A stretch of 63,057 nt of DNA, counting the filler, from Ferroacidibacillus organovorans (GTDB taxonomy: Bacteria; Bacillota; Bacilli; Alicyclobacillales; SLC66), in NCBI RefSeq assembly GCF_001642725.1. It is 3 parts of 3 records of this genome, joined end to end, with 100 filler letters (N's around TTAATTAATTAA, not from the genome) between each part and the next. Parts side by side here need not be neighbours in the genome. Positions count along the whole stretch, not along the records: positions 1 to 25,739 come from NZ_LSUQ01000036.1; 2 more parts are not named here. One strand, 5' to 3'. Below the pieces are notes generated by a model that saw only the letters and a list, made by a program, of their open reading frames with translations, was not told the DNA's origin and did no database searches. The translations under genes and the position numbers were made by a program. Shown in pieces: positions 10,267-20,399 of the stretch; the first letter of the stretch is position 1, and every line of letters begins with the position of its first letter.

Positions 10267-11034
10267 ATGATCACGCTGAAACTGGCTTCGTGGAATGTAA
10301 ACGGATTGCGTTCGTGCGTCAATAAAGGCTTTCTCGAATATGTCAGTCAAACCACCCCCGATATCATTTGCCTTCAAGAGACAAAACTTCAAGAGGGGCA
10401 AATCAACCTCGAAGTAGGCGAGGACTATCTCCAGTATTTCAATTACGCCGAAAAGAAGGGGTATTCGGGAACCGCTGTACTTTCGAGAATGCCCCCCCGC
10501 TCGGTTTACTACGGCATGGAGGAGAATAGTGAACCTGAGGGCAGGATCATCACACTGGAGTTTGACGCTTTTTATCTTGTGACGGTGTACACGCCAAACG
10601 CCAAACGCGATTTGTCCCGACTCCCCTATCGACTCGAGTGGGAAGACCGTTTTCGACACTATCTCTTGCAATTGGACGCAAAGAAGCCGGTCATCGTCTG
10701 CGGAGATTTGAACGTGGCACACCAGGAGATTGACCTAAAGAATGCGAAAGCAAATCAAGGCAATTCCGGCTTCACGAATGAAGAGCGGGAAAAAATGACG
10801 GCGCTCTTGGCATCCGGTTTCACAGACACCTTTCGCTTCATGTATCCTGAGCGAACCGATGCCTACTCCTGGTGGTCGTATATGCCTAAGGTGCGGGAGC
10901 GAAACGTCGGGTGGCGCATCGATTATTTCCTCGTCTCCACAAGGCTTCGCACCGCCATCACGGATGCGCGCATCGACGCCCATGTCTTTGGAAGCGATCA
11001 CTGCCCAGTAACACTTGACATGGGCGTATTTTAA
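10267..11034 (+). CDS. xth: Exodeoxyribonuclease III / AP endonuclease
   Basis: SWNVNG, LQETK, GDLN, GWRIDY and SDHCP motifs. Confidence 0.95.
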   Translation: MITLKLASWNVNGLRSCVNKGFLEYVSQTTPDIICLQETKLQEGQINLEVGEDYLQYFNYAEKKGYSGTAVLSRMPPRSVYYGMEENSEPEGRIITLEFDAFYLVTVYTPNAKRDLSRLPYRLEWEDRFRHYLLQLDAKKPVIVCGDLNVAHQEIDLKNAKANQGNSGFTNEEREKMTALLASGFTDTFRFMYPERTDAYSWWSYMPKVRERNVGWRIDYFLVSTRLRTAITDARIDAHVFGSDHCPVTLDMGVF

Positions 11035-11101
11035 CGTACTTGTACGAAACATAGGGATCGATGGCGCATCGACAAAAGTTCTTCGATCATCACCATCAAG
11101 A

Positions 11102-11122
11102 TCCGGCCGCTCTGCGGCCGGA
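11102..11122. terminator. GC-rich stem-loop between convergent genes
   Basis: TCCGGCCGC-TCT-GCGGCCGGA; no U-tract. Confidence 0.45.
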
Positions 11123-11163
11123 CAGATCGTTGCTCCTACGATCAGACTTGATTCCAAAAATTT

Positions 11164-12486
11164 CTACAGACCATATTGTTCCCGCACATATCCCATGATC
11201 CCCAGTTTCTCAAGCCGATCGACAGGAACCAGAAATGTGGCCGTGACCACACCGGGATGGCGGCCGATTTGGATCGACCCCGTGATGGTGGAGCGGTTCA
11301 TGACTTCTGGGACTGACATTTCAAGCAACTCTGCCGCACGTTTTAGTGCATTTTCTGTGGCAACATTCAAGTTTTCTCCCGTTCCGACAAAAGCCACAGG
11401 TGCTGTCTCTTCGATCTCTGTGAGACCCCATTTTAAAGCCTCGGCCAGTGCCAGACGCTTTTCTTCGGCTGAGAGCGGCTTCGCGAGATAGGGCAGGTCT
11501 TCCTCATTTGGGAGCAAAATAGGCCCGTCCATCCTGAGTCCCTTCACAACATGCACCTGCAAGGTAACAATCCCTGACACATCACATGTGTGCCCAGCGA
11601 TCTCGCCGTCCCCTTGCAGTGCATGCATATCGCCAACGTAAACACCGCCGCCGGGAACTTTGACAGGACAAATTAGAATGGCGCCTTCCCGCACACGACT
11701 GATATCCATGTGTCCATCCGTCTTCGATTGATTCAATTCATCAACGCTCACCGAATATTCATGGGGAGCGCCAATAAGAAAGAATCCGAAATCACCTGCA
11801 TTGTGGGAGTCTGGCAATGGCCGTGACGGCGCAGTTCCGATTTGACCGAGAAATGGACGCAGCCTCGCCACTGCGCCAACAATGTCATGTGGCGCGAACG
11901 TAACGATCGGGTTTTGAATAGAGTTCGCAGGCGTTGCCATGTAATTCTTTCCATCACGCGCAATCTGCTCTGCCGCAGCCTTTGGGAGCGTAACGCCCAC
12001 GCTGCGATTCGCGTCAAACGCTATCGTATAACCGTTCGCAAACTTGAACGGCGTTGCATCAGCACCGCAATTTGCGCAGCGTATGGCCGACGGTCCGATT
12101 CCTTCGATCCGAGTCTCTGGGTACATCGTTCCGCACGCCGAGCACTTTCCGGCACAGTACGGGTCACCAAGGAAATTTCCCTCGACAGTTTCATCATTTC
12201 CCGACGACGTGGCCATGGATGTGACCCGAATCGACTTGATTCGAATCGCAATCGCGTCTCCGACTTCCGCCCCCTCAACGTACACAGGTTGCGTGACTTC
12301 ATGCCCTCCGCGAAGGGCTGGCGTGATCATCGGTCCCCAACACCCAGGCGCTGTGTTGGCAACAATATATCCTCCATCTTGCACGGGTCCAAGCATTGGC
12401 TTCGCCGGGTCGAGCACCCCGTTTGTAAAGTGATTGACAAACACCGTGCCACTGCATTTTTGTTCCGCCATGTTTTCTGCCTCCAT
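11164..12486 (-). CDS. Acetamidase/formamidase family protein
   Basis: HEVTQPVYVEGAEVGD, GHMDI and GDMHALQGDGEI motifs. Confidence 0.88.
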   Translation of the reverse strand: MEAENMAEQKCSGTVFVNHFTNGVLDPAKPMLGPVQDGGYIVANTAPGCWGPMITPALRGGHEVTQPVYVEGAEVGDAIAIRIKSIRVTSMATSSGNDETVEGNFLGDPYCAGKCSACGTMYPETRIEGIGPSAIRCANCGADATPFKFANGYTIAFDANRSVGVTLPKAAAEQIARDGKNYMATPANSIQNPIVTFAPHDIVGAVARLRPFLGQIGTAPSRPLPDSHNAGDFGFFLIGAPHEYSVSVDELNQSKTDGHMDISRVREGAILICPVKVPGGGVYVGDMHALQGDGEIAGHTCDVSGIVTLQVHVVKGLRMDGPILLPNEEDLPYLAKPLSAEEKRLALAEALKWGLTEIEETAPVAFVGTGENLNVATENALKRAAELLEMSVPEVMNRSTITGSIQIGRHPGVVTATFLVPVDRLEKLGIMGYVREQYGL

Positions 12487-12590
12487 AGAAATCGTCTCAT
12501 TTGATCATACTTGTCTCTCGATCAATTAAGAAGAGATATAGACTGTGTGGCCTTCCAACCGTTCCTGTCGCCGCTTCCTTTGGGAGCGGT

Positions 12591-13718
12591 TCAAGCGCGA
12601 TGAACCAGTTTGCCGCGGACAACGGTGTGTGTCACTTCCCAATCTGCGCTAACTGCGATGAGGTTGGCAGGTGCGCCAATGGAAATTCTCCCGTGTGGAA
12701 GATTCAGCAGTCTCGACTGATTCAAAGAGGTGACAAGGTTCACATCATCCGGCCGCAGCGCGTGAATGCCAAGCAAGTTCCTCACAGCCCTATCCAGCGT
12801 GAGCGTACTCCCGGCCAAAGTCCCATCCTCTAATCGAACGGCGCCATGTTTGACGAAAACCCTGCGTCCGCCAAACCCATACTCACCCTCAGGCATATCT
12901 GCCGCTTTCACTGCATCCGTGATCAGCATGGCTCGCTCAGGACCCTTGGCCCGAAGCGCAGTCTTTAGCATCAGTGGATGGACATGAATCAAATCGGCAA
13001 TGATCTCCACCATCAATCGATCCTCACCGAGTGCGGTGCCGGCGAGCCCCGGTTCACGATGTCCTGCAGGACTCATGGCATTAAACAGGTGTGTGACGCT
13101 CTTTGCTCCCCACGCAATCGCTTGCGAAACTTGAGAAGACGTGGCGTTGCAGTGCCCCATTGAAACGACGACCCCTTGATCGACAGCCAGTTTGATCAGC
13201 AGTTCCGCACCTTCCATCTCCGGCGCAAGTGTCACATAGCGAATTGCGCCTTCGGATCGTGACTGCCAACGTAGAAAAAGACTTTCACTCGGTGGAATGA
13301 TGAATTCTTTCGGTTGCGCTCCAGGCTTTGCGGGATTGATGAAGGGACCCTCAAGATGAAAGCCGAGAATCTCAGCCCCATTTCGAATTCGCTTGGGTTC
13401 GTATGCCGTGAAGACTTTATCCAAATCCTCAGGCGATGCCGTGACGGTCGTCAATAGGAGTCCCGTTGTACCATGTTTGGCGTGTGTCAGTGCCACCTGT
13501 TCAAACGCATCTTCCGTCCCTTCCATGACCTCGGCCCCCCCGCCGCCGTGGACATGAACGTCAATATAACCAGGCAGCAACTGACCGTCTGTCTGAATAT
13601 GCGTTGCACCAATATACTGATTGCTTGCAATGTCGCCAACGGCTGTAATGATGCCATCCTCCATCTTGATCTGTTGCACGCGTCCATTCCATTCTCCACT
13701 CATGATGGTCACACTCAT
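12591..13718 (-). CDS. nagA: N-acetylglucosamine-6-phosphate deacetylase
   Basis: PGYIDVHVHG, HLEGPF, THLFNAM, ITDA and LAGS motifs. Confidence 0.93.
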   Translation of the reverse strand: MSVTIMSGEWNGRVQQIKMEDGIITAVGDIASNQYIGATHIQTDGQLLPGYIDVHVHGGGGAEVMEGTEDAFEQVALTHAKHGTTGLLLTTVTASPEDLDKVFTAYEPKRIRNGAEILGFHLEGPFINPAKPGAQPKEFIIPPSESLFLRWQSRSEGAIRYVTLAPEMEGAELLIKLAVDQGVVVSMGHCNATSSQVSQAIAWGAKSVTHLFNAMSPAGHREPGLAGTALGEDRLMVEIIADLIHVHPLMLKTALRAKGPERAMLITDAVKAADMPEGEYGFGGRRVFVKHGAVRLEDGTLAGSTLTLDRAVRNLLGIHALRPDDVNLVTSLNQSRLLNLPHGRISIGAPANLIAVSADWEVTHTVVRGKLVHRA

Positions 13719-13754
13719 CGCCCTGCCTCCTGAAACATAGAATCACCTTGACAT

Positions 13755-14564
13755 TCATTCATCGCCATCCCTAACTGTGGAAGCCCCTTCGAGCGATGCA
13801 TAACCGTGTGACGAACTAAGCATACGCAATTCGCCAACCTGATCTCTATAAGAAGCAAATAACTTCTCGTTATATTCCTTGGATCCATCGAGATTGCCGC
13901 TCATGATGATCGGCGGCTGCACGCCCAGTTTTATAAAACCTGTCGCAACTTCCGCCACGATCGCCTGAACAATAAATGTTCCTATCACGCTTGAAGTGGC
14001 CGCTACCTTTACGGGGAGATCACTCAACGAAATCACTGCGTCACCGGATACACCGTGGTTGTCGATGACGAGATCCACGACATCATAGAGTTTCAAGTTT
14101 TCCGGATGACGAGAGTTCACGGCATTCGTGTGAGCCACTGAGGTAATGCCAATCACTTTTAGCCCCCGTTTTCGAGCTTCTAGTGCCATCTCAATCGATA
14201 CGGCGTTACGACCCGAATTCGAAAATATAAACATGATATCTTTTGCTTTTACTGGTTGTCCCTCAATCAGCACCTCAGCTAATCCCGTCAACCGTTCCAT
14301 GCGGCTGCTCTTAGGAGCGTCAATGTGAAGCATAAGAGAACTCTCCAGAATAGGGTTTACTGGCAACAGACCACCAGCGCGGAAAAACATTTCCTCAGCC
14401 AACATATGAGAGTGACCTGTCCCAAAAACGTGAAGGAGCCCGCCTTGAAGAATGCTTTCCACACACCACTGCCCGGATTGCTGAATCGATTCACCTTCCT
14501 CGTTTAACACACTCTCCAATATTTCCGTGACCGCTTCATAGTACTGACGGTAACTCATATGCAC
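13755..14564 (-). CDS. SIS-domain sugar isomerase (UPF0309-like)
   Basis: FGTGHSHMLAEE...RAGGL, SNSGRN and SGNLDG motifs. Confidence 0.85.
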   Translation of the reverse strand: MHMSYRQYYEAVTEILESVLNEEGESIQQSGQWCVESILQGGLLHVFGTGHSHMLAEEMFFRAGGLLPVNPILESSLMLHIDAPKSSRMERLTGLAEVLIEGQPVKAKDIMFIFSNSGRNAVSIEMALEARKRGLKVIGITSVAHTNAVNSRHPENLKLYDVVDLVIDNHGVSGDAVISLSDLPVKVAATSSVIGTFIVQAIVAEVATGFIKLGVQPPIIMSGNLDGSKEYNEKLFASYRDQVGELRMLSSSHGYASLEGASTVRDGDE

Positions 14565-14663
14565 ACCGCTTTCTTATCTAAGGGTACAATTCAGTAGATA
14601 CAGCAATCTATGAGCAATCAACAGATTACTCATTTCTATCAGGTTTTTGTCAGTCAAAACCAA

Positions 14664-15500
14664 TCATGATTTTACCGCGCCAGCCATTGCCCCTTCTATG
14701 AAGTAACGTTGGAAGAACAAGAAAGCTATGATGAGGGGGGCCGCTGCAATCAAGACTCCTGCGGCGAGTAAGGTCCATTGCCCCGCAGTAGTTCCATAGA
14801 GGGCGAACAATCCTCTTGAAAGAGGATACAATGAGGGTGACGCCAGAAATACAACCGGTCCAATCAAGTCGTTCCAAATTTGGATACCTGCATAGATTGC
14901 CATCGTCACCAAGGCAGGCTTAGCCAAAGGGGCAACGATGACCAGTAGGAATCGCAAATACCCACACCCATCAAGGACGGCACTCTCATCCAATTCCTTC
15001 GGAATCGTTCGAAAATATCCGACAAAGAGGAAAAAGCCAAACACCATCGCGTCTTCAATATGCAAAATCATATACCCAAGACGGTTGTTGTATAAGTTGA
15101 GCATCCGCGATTCAATAAAAAGCGGTATCAATGCTACCGGGAAAAACATTCCTGAAGTCAGCAATGCGTGAAGCTGTCGTGAACCCTTGATGTATCTTCG
15201 TGAAATGGGAAATGCGAGGGTGACACTGAATACCAGCGCAACCACAGTCGGAACTACGGTATAGACAATGGAGTTCATAAAATATGAACTCATCGAAGCC
15301 TCTTGCCAAGCCTGTGTGAAATTGCTCCAACTTATTGGAGAAGGCAAAGACATGGATTGGGTCAGGAACTGTTGCTGGCTCTGTAAAGAGATATTCACGA
15401 CATAAAAGAGAGGACCAAAGTAGAATATCATCACGACAAGCCCTGTCGTAATCGAAAGTCTCAACCAATTTCTTGAAAAATCAGAACCCAGGGAATTCAC
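14664..15500 (-). CDS. Carbohydrate ABC transporter permease
   Basis: IPKELDESAVLDG EAA loop; FQRYFIEG...GAVK C-terminus. Confidence 0.92.
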   Translation of the reverse strand: MNSLGSDFSRNWLRLSITTGLVVMIFYFGPLFYVVNISLQSQQQFLTQSMSLPSPISWSNFTQAWQEASMSSYFMNSIVYTVVPTVVALVFSVTLAFPISRRYIKGSRQLHALLTSGMFFPVALIPLFIESRMLNLYNNRLGYMILHIEDAMVFGFFLFVGYFRTIPKELDESAVLDGCGYLRFLLVIVAPLAKPALVTMAIYAGIQIWNDLIGPVVFLASPSLYPLSRGLFALYGTTAGQWTLLAAGVLIAAAPLIIAFLFFQRYFIEGAMAGAVKS

Positions 15501-16387
15501 GACATTGCTTCCTCCCTTCGCATAAGATATTTTTGCAGAATCAAAACAACGATGACGGTCAAGATGAACTGCAGTATTCCAATCCCGGCACCCAACCCAA
15601 GATTGCTTGAACCCTGAAAGGCTGTATTAAACATATACATGCCAAGCGTATTGGTGTTGTTAGTACCATCTGTCAATACATAAATCAGGTCATACGTCCG
15701 CAGCGATCCAGCAGCAGCAAGAATGACGTTGACAGTTACACTTGGAGCAATCATTGGAAATGTCACCTTCCAGAAATTCGTCCATCCCGTTGCGCCATCA
15801 ATCATCGCCGCCTCATGCAGTTCGCGCGGCACGGTATTCATACCTGCAATGAAGACTACTGTCGTAAAGCCCAGATTTGCCCAAATCTGAACAAAAATGA
15901 CGAGTGGCAAGGCCCAAGTCGTAGAACCAAAGAAAGCGGATGAGGTTCCAAAAAGGCTCAATAGCTCTGCCGCCGGGCCACCGGATGGGGCAAAGATCAA
16001 TGTCCACATCAACCCGATGACCGTGACACCAAGTACAGCTGGCATAAAAACAAGCGTACGAAAAAACGTTACGCCAGGGAATTTTTTGGTGAGCGTACTC
16101 GCCATCCATAAACCCAATACGTTTTGAAGAATGATCACTCCACCCGCAAACAATAACGTATCTTCTACAGACTGAATGAAACCCTGCGCGTTGTTAACGA
16201 AAATATACACATAGTTTGCCAAACCAATAAAATTTGTTGGCAATCCGGGGATTGCCGTAAAGTTTGTAAACGAGATGATCAACGTCGATATTGAGGGAAC
16301 GATCCCGAACAACAGGAACACAAGCAAACCAGGGATCATTGTGAGATAGATGACGATTCTTTGACGGCCTTTAAATACGTTACTCAA
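15497..16387 (-). CDS. Carbohydrate ABC transporter permease
   Basis: FIGLANY and ELHEAAMIDGA motifs; TTG start after AAGGAG. Confidence 0.9.
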   Translation of the reverse strand: MSNVFKGRQRIVIYLTMIPGLLVFLLFGIVPSISTLIISFTNFTAIPGLPTNFIGLANYVYIFVNNAQGFIQSVEDTLLFAGGVIILQNVLGLWMASTLTKKFPGVTFFRTLVFMPAVLGVTVIGLMWTLIFAPSGGPAAELLSLFGTSSAFFGSTTWALPLVIFVQIWANLGFTTVVFIAGMNTVPRELHEAAMIDGATGWTNFWKVTFPMIAPSVTVNVILAAAGSLRTYDLIYVLTDGTNNTNTLGMYMFNTAFQGSSNLGLGAGIGILQFILTVIVVLILQKYLMRREEAMS

Positions 16388-16437
16388 AAAGGATTTCTCC
16401 TTACAGTTGAGATCATAATGATATTGTGAAGCCGGAC

Positions 16438-16461
16438 GGAGCCCCATCGTATAGGGGCTCC
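16438..16461 (-). terminator. Stem-loop after the sugar-binding protein gene
   Basis: GGAGCCCC-N8-GGGGCTCC. Confidence 0.5.
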
Positions 16462-16482
16462 TCAAGTGCCCTTTGCTTCAGC

Positions 16483-17835
16483 CTATTTCGATGCCTGGTT
16501 TTGCGATTGCTGATATTCCTGTGCGAGCTTGGCAGGAGTGATTCCACCCTGCAACATCTTTAACTGTTCAGACCAGAAGTTGTTTGGTTGCAAATAATAC
16601 GGCCCGCTTGGGATCAACCAATCTGATGTCTGGTTGATCACCCTGCCCGTTCCAAACCACGTACCCATAATCGCAGCCGTTTTGCTTGTGAAGTTCCCAT
16701 TTTCGCTCGGCGAAATCCCTGTCATTTGTACATATTGATTGTAGATGTTCTTAGAGGCAAAGAACGCCAACCATTTTTCAGCCAAAGATTTGTGTTTACT
16801 ATTGTTTAGAACGACCCAAGTCAAGTCTGGATTCGCAACAGACTGGTTATTCGAAGCTGTATTGGATCCAGGAATCGGAAAGTACCCAATCTGCATCTTT
16901 GGATTTGCTTGAAGGACTGAAGCAAGATCCCATGACCCATCGAGCAACATTGCCGCTTTTCCAGCAGCGAATTCTCCAGGCATCTGCTGCCAGTTTTCAC
17001 CCGCATAGTTACTTTCGAGATCGTTCGCAGCAAAGCTTTGTTCCCTCTTGAAGGTCTCAATCATTTTCGGGTCTGTCCACTTTACCTTACCTGAGGCAAG
17101 GGCTTGACTTGCGCTTGCCGAACCGAGGCTCGGAGCTAAAAGATCCTGCATAAAAGGATACATCATGAATTGCACATACCCAGTAGCACCGCCAGCGAGA
17201 CCTGTCCACACTGGAGTCACACCGTGCGATTTCAACACATTGCAAACATTGAGAAATTCGCTGTATGTTGCAGGTGCTTGAAGGTGATATTTAGCAAAGA
17301 TGGCCTTGTTATAGAACAACCCTGTTTGATACACGCCCGTGACAAGACCGTAGTACTTTCCTTTGTACGCTGCCGCATTGAGATCACTCGCCTTAAAGCT
17401 TGAAACCCAAGGTTCATGATTGAGCTGCATGAAAATATGGTTTATGGCCCACTGCTGAACGTTAGTCAAGTTATTGCTGGTCATTTTTTGCGGCATTGGA
17501 TCGAATGGCTGAATGGCCATAATATCCGCAGTTCCGGCTTGCACCGCTGTCTGCTGCAAGGTTTGATAACCGGCGGTATCATTCGCCGTTGTTTGGAGCT
17601 GTACTTTCACTCCGTACTTATGTTCGAATTCAGAATCTATTTTTTGAACGGCCGCTACAGCAGGGGGATTCACCCACATGATGATTTTGAGCGGACCTTT
17701 ATCACTACTGACGTTGGATTGTGCAGGTGGATTGCTGGTAGCCTGTGTCGTTGTTCCACAGCCAGCAAGAACTACACCTGATAGAGCTGCTAACAAAATA
17801 GGTGAAAGCGTTTTTCTGAATTTTTTTACCTCCAC
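16483..17835 (-). CDS. Sugar ABC transporter substrate-binding lipoprotein
   Basis: LAGC lipobox, FYNKAIF and GKAAMLLDGSW motifs. Confidence 0.92.
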   Translation of the reverse strand: MEVKKFRKTLSPILLAALSGVVLAGCGTTTQATSNPPAQSNVSSDKGPLKIIMWVNPPAVAAVQKIDSEFEHKYGVKVQLQTTANDTAGYQTLQQTAVQAGTADIMAIQPFDPMPQKMTSNNLTNVQQWAINHIFMQLNHEPWVSSFKASDLNAAAYKGKYYGLVTGVYQTGLFYNKAIFAKYHLQAPATYSEFLNVCNVLKSHGVTPVWTGLAGGATGYVQFMMYPFMQDLLAPSLGSASASQALASGKVKWTDPKMIETFKREQSFAANDLESNYAGENWQQMPGEFAAGKAAMLLDGSWDLASVLQANPKMQIGYFPIPGSNTASNNQSVANPDLTWVVLNNSKHKSLAEKWLAFFASKNIYNQYVQMTGISPSENGNFTSKTAAIMGTWFGTGRVINQTSDWLIPSGPYYLQPNNFWSEQLKMLQGGITPAKLAQEYQQSQNQASK

Positions 17836-17898
17836 AATTTATCTCCCCTTTATGAGCTGAAAAACATCCAATTTCTCTTTGTACTCACTCAAGCTGAT

Positions 17899-18840
17899 TT
17901 ACATGGACCTTTCGTCGAGGAGAATATCTCTGACGAGCAGACTGGCACCGATGACCCCCGATCGATCTCCCAGTACAGCTGGGACAATTTCAATCGATTG
18001 ACGAGCCAAAGGTGATGCATAGACTGAAAAAAAGGCGCGCAATGGTTCGAACAAGACAGAACCCGCAAGGGACACGCCACCGCCAATCACAACAATGGCT
18101 GGATCAAGAATCGTGCAATAGTTGGCAATCGCTATGGCGAGAGACCTTGCAGCATCCGTGTACACCGCTTTGGCATTCGTTTCTCCACATGCCGCTAGTT
18201 CAGCAAGCGTTTTTGCAGTCACGTCGACCTTTTTGCCAATGCGTCTTTGGTAAGCCCGAATAAGCATGGGACCCGAAACCATCGTTTCTAGACATCCCTG
18301 TCTACCGCAAGCGCAAATCTCACCTCCTGGTTCGAGTATGGTGTGACCAATCTCACCGGCCACAGAATGCGCACCCTCATAAATTTTGCCGTCGAGAATC
18401 ATGCCAGAACCAACACCTGTTCCTATGACGATAAACAATAAGGAAGAAAAACCTTTTGCGGCACCGAATTCACGCTCCGCAAGCGCTCCGACTCGAGCAT
18501 CACCTTGAACGACACACAGAACGCCAAAGTGCTCTTCAACCCATTGTTTAAGATTTACGTTGTGAAGTCTGAGGTTTGAAGCGTAAAGGACAAATCCCTC
18601 GCTCGATTTCACGAAACCTGGAATGCCAATACCGATTGCCACAAGATTCCCTATCTCTAGATGACTCGCTTCATCCATAAGGTACTGAACAGCTTCTGAT
18701 ATACTCGCCAAAATCTCTTCAAGCGTATTTTCGTTTGAATACGTTTTCATATGAATGTCAATCATAGACTGTGAAGTTCCTGCAAAGACTCCCCCTTTAA
18801 TTGTTGTGCCACCAACGTCTAGACCAATTACGTATGACAT
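17899..18840 (-). CDS. ROK-family sugar kinase
   Basis: GLDVGGT, GTGVG and GEIGH...CACGRQGCLE; no HTH. Confidence 0.9.
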   Translation of the reverse strand: MSYVIGLDVGGTTIKGGVFAGTSQSMIDIHMKTYSNENTLEEILASISEAVQYLMDEASHLEIGNLVAIGIGIPGFVKSSEGFVLYASNLRLHNVNLKQWVEEHFGVLCVVQGDARVGALAEREFGAAKGFSSLLFIVIGTGVGSGMILDGKIYEGAHSVAGEIGHTILEPGGEICACGRQGCLETMVSGPMLIRAYQRRIGKKVDVTAKTLAELAACGETNAKAVYTDAARSLAIAIANYCTILDPAIVVIGGGVSLAGSVLFEPLRAFFSVYASPLARQSIEIVPAVLGDRSGVIGASLLVRDILLDERSM

Positions 18841-18916
18841 CCTAGCATCGAACCTCTCTCTTGCTGTCAAACCAAAAGGATGTTTCAAATTGTTAGATGT
18901 TCACTTACTGCGTTTT

Positions 18917-20119
18917 TTATATCTTCGCGGGTACTTGAAACCCATATTTGTTGAGCACACTTGTCAAACTTGAATAAGCGACACCCACGTACCCAGCCGT
19001 CAAAGGAAGCGAAGACACGCGAATCTTTAAATTTTTCTCGAATCCAGGAAGCAATACTTCATGTAACCCTTCTATGATCGCCGCAAACATTACATGTCCG
19101 CGTGTAATGGCATCCCCACCAAATACCACACTGTCGACATTTAAAACGTTGACGTGATTCCCGGCAACAACTCCAAGTATGTGGCCGGCATTAAACAACA
19201 CATCCCGCGCAAGTACATCTCCTGCTTCTGATTGCTCCACCAAATTCTGTATACTGCCTATGCTTGAGGCATTCATTTTACGATTGTATTCCATAAGCAA
19301 CGCCGGTTCCGACACAACCGTCTCCAAACAACCTCTTTTTCCACATGTACACATGTGCCCACTCTCATGAATGACAATGTGCCCAATCTCTCCTGCCATT
19401 CCAAGCGATCCCTTATAAAGTTCACGCTCAATGATCATGCCAGCCCCAACACCAGTTCCAACAGCAATGTAAAGCATATTTCTCGCATGATCAGTGTGCT
19501 CAGACCCGTAAAGAAATTCACCATAGGCAGCAGCGTTCGTGTCATTTTCCACAGTGACAGAGAGATGAAACTCTTGCTCCAAAAGTTTGCCAAGATCTAA
19601 GTCACGCCAGCCTAAGTTACTTGCCTCGACAATTTTTCCTGTCCCCAAATCCATTAATCCTGGTGTTGCAACACCAATGCCTAGCGTTTTAAAACTATTT
19701 TGTTCGCACCAACTGTGGGCACTAGAAAGAGCTTTAATCAACTCACGATAAAGATCTTCTCCGCTAACCCTCGTTTTTTCGAAAGACCATTCCCGCAACA
19801 CCTGAAACGATAAGTCAAGTACACCAACTGTAATCTGTGAACCCGTCAGATCAGCGCAGATAAAGTGCCCCCCCTCCGGATTGACCTCCAAAAGAATAGG
19901 TCTCCTTCCACCAGTTGACGTTGCGTATCCAGATTCGCGGATAAATCCACTTCCCTGCAACTCGCTTGTTAGGACAGATACTGTGCTTGCTGCAAGCCCC
20001 GTCTGTTCCGAGATCTCTACTCGGGAAATTGGGCCACGATGCTGGATTGTCTGAAATATAGAGTTCATGTTCAAATCACGTAAAACCATGTTATTGGCGG
20101 CTTCCACGGCATCCCCCAC
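18917..20119 (-). CDS. ROK-family transcriptional regulator (XylR/NagC-like)
   Basis: HTH ISRVEI...STVS, GGRRP, GEIGH...CTCGKRGCLE; start may be the GTG at 20107. Confidence 0.92.
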   Translation of the reverse strand: MGDAVEAANNMVLRDLNMNSIFQTIQHRGPISRVEISEQTGLAASTVSVLTSELQGSGFIRESGYATSTGGRRPILLEVNPEGGHFICADLTGSQITVGVLDLSFQVLREWSFEKTRVSGEDLYRELIKALSSAHSWCEQNSFKTLGIGVATPGLMDLGTGKIVEASNLGWRDLDLGKLLEQEFHLSVTVENDTNAAAYGEFLYGSEHTDHARNMLYIAVGTGVGAGMIIERELYKGSLGMAGEIGHIVIHESGHMCTCGKRGCLETVVSEPALLMEYNRKMNASSIGSIQNLVEQSEAGDVLARDVLFNAGHILGVVAGNHVNVLNVDSVVFGGDAITRGHVMFAAIIEGLHEVLLPGFEKNLKIRVSSLPLTAGYVGVAYSSLTSVLNKYGFQVPAKI

Positions 20120-20121
20120 TT

Positions 20122-20184
20122 ACTTCATTCGGCGACAGAAGTTAATTACAATCAGAATATAGCCTACAAAGGGGTTTTCGTCAA
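20122..20184 (-). promoter_or_regulatory. Sigma-A promoter with a downstream candidate ROK operator
   Basis: TTGACG-17-TATATT (20184 to 20156); ACTTC-N11-GAAGT at 20122-20142. Confidence 0.55.
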
Positions 20185-20399
20185 TAGAGCGTTGATAATA
20201 TTCTGAACAAATCATAGTTTTGATGTATTATCATTAATCACCTTTAACACCTGCCATCAAAAGTGAGACTTCAAGATGATAGATGAGAAATTCGCATGAT
20301 GATGATTACAATTATTCGTTTTACTCATTTCAACATAGCATCTATCATAATAATTACACGCAATTCTAAATTTTATCTATACCATAGGAGTGAATCGCA

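Noticed and set aside
11842..12504. 220-aa plus-strand ORF
   Set aside because: Antisense shadow of the acetamidase gene, with no recognisable motifs.
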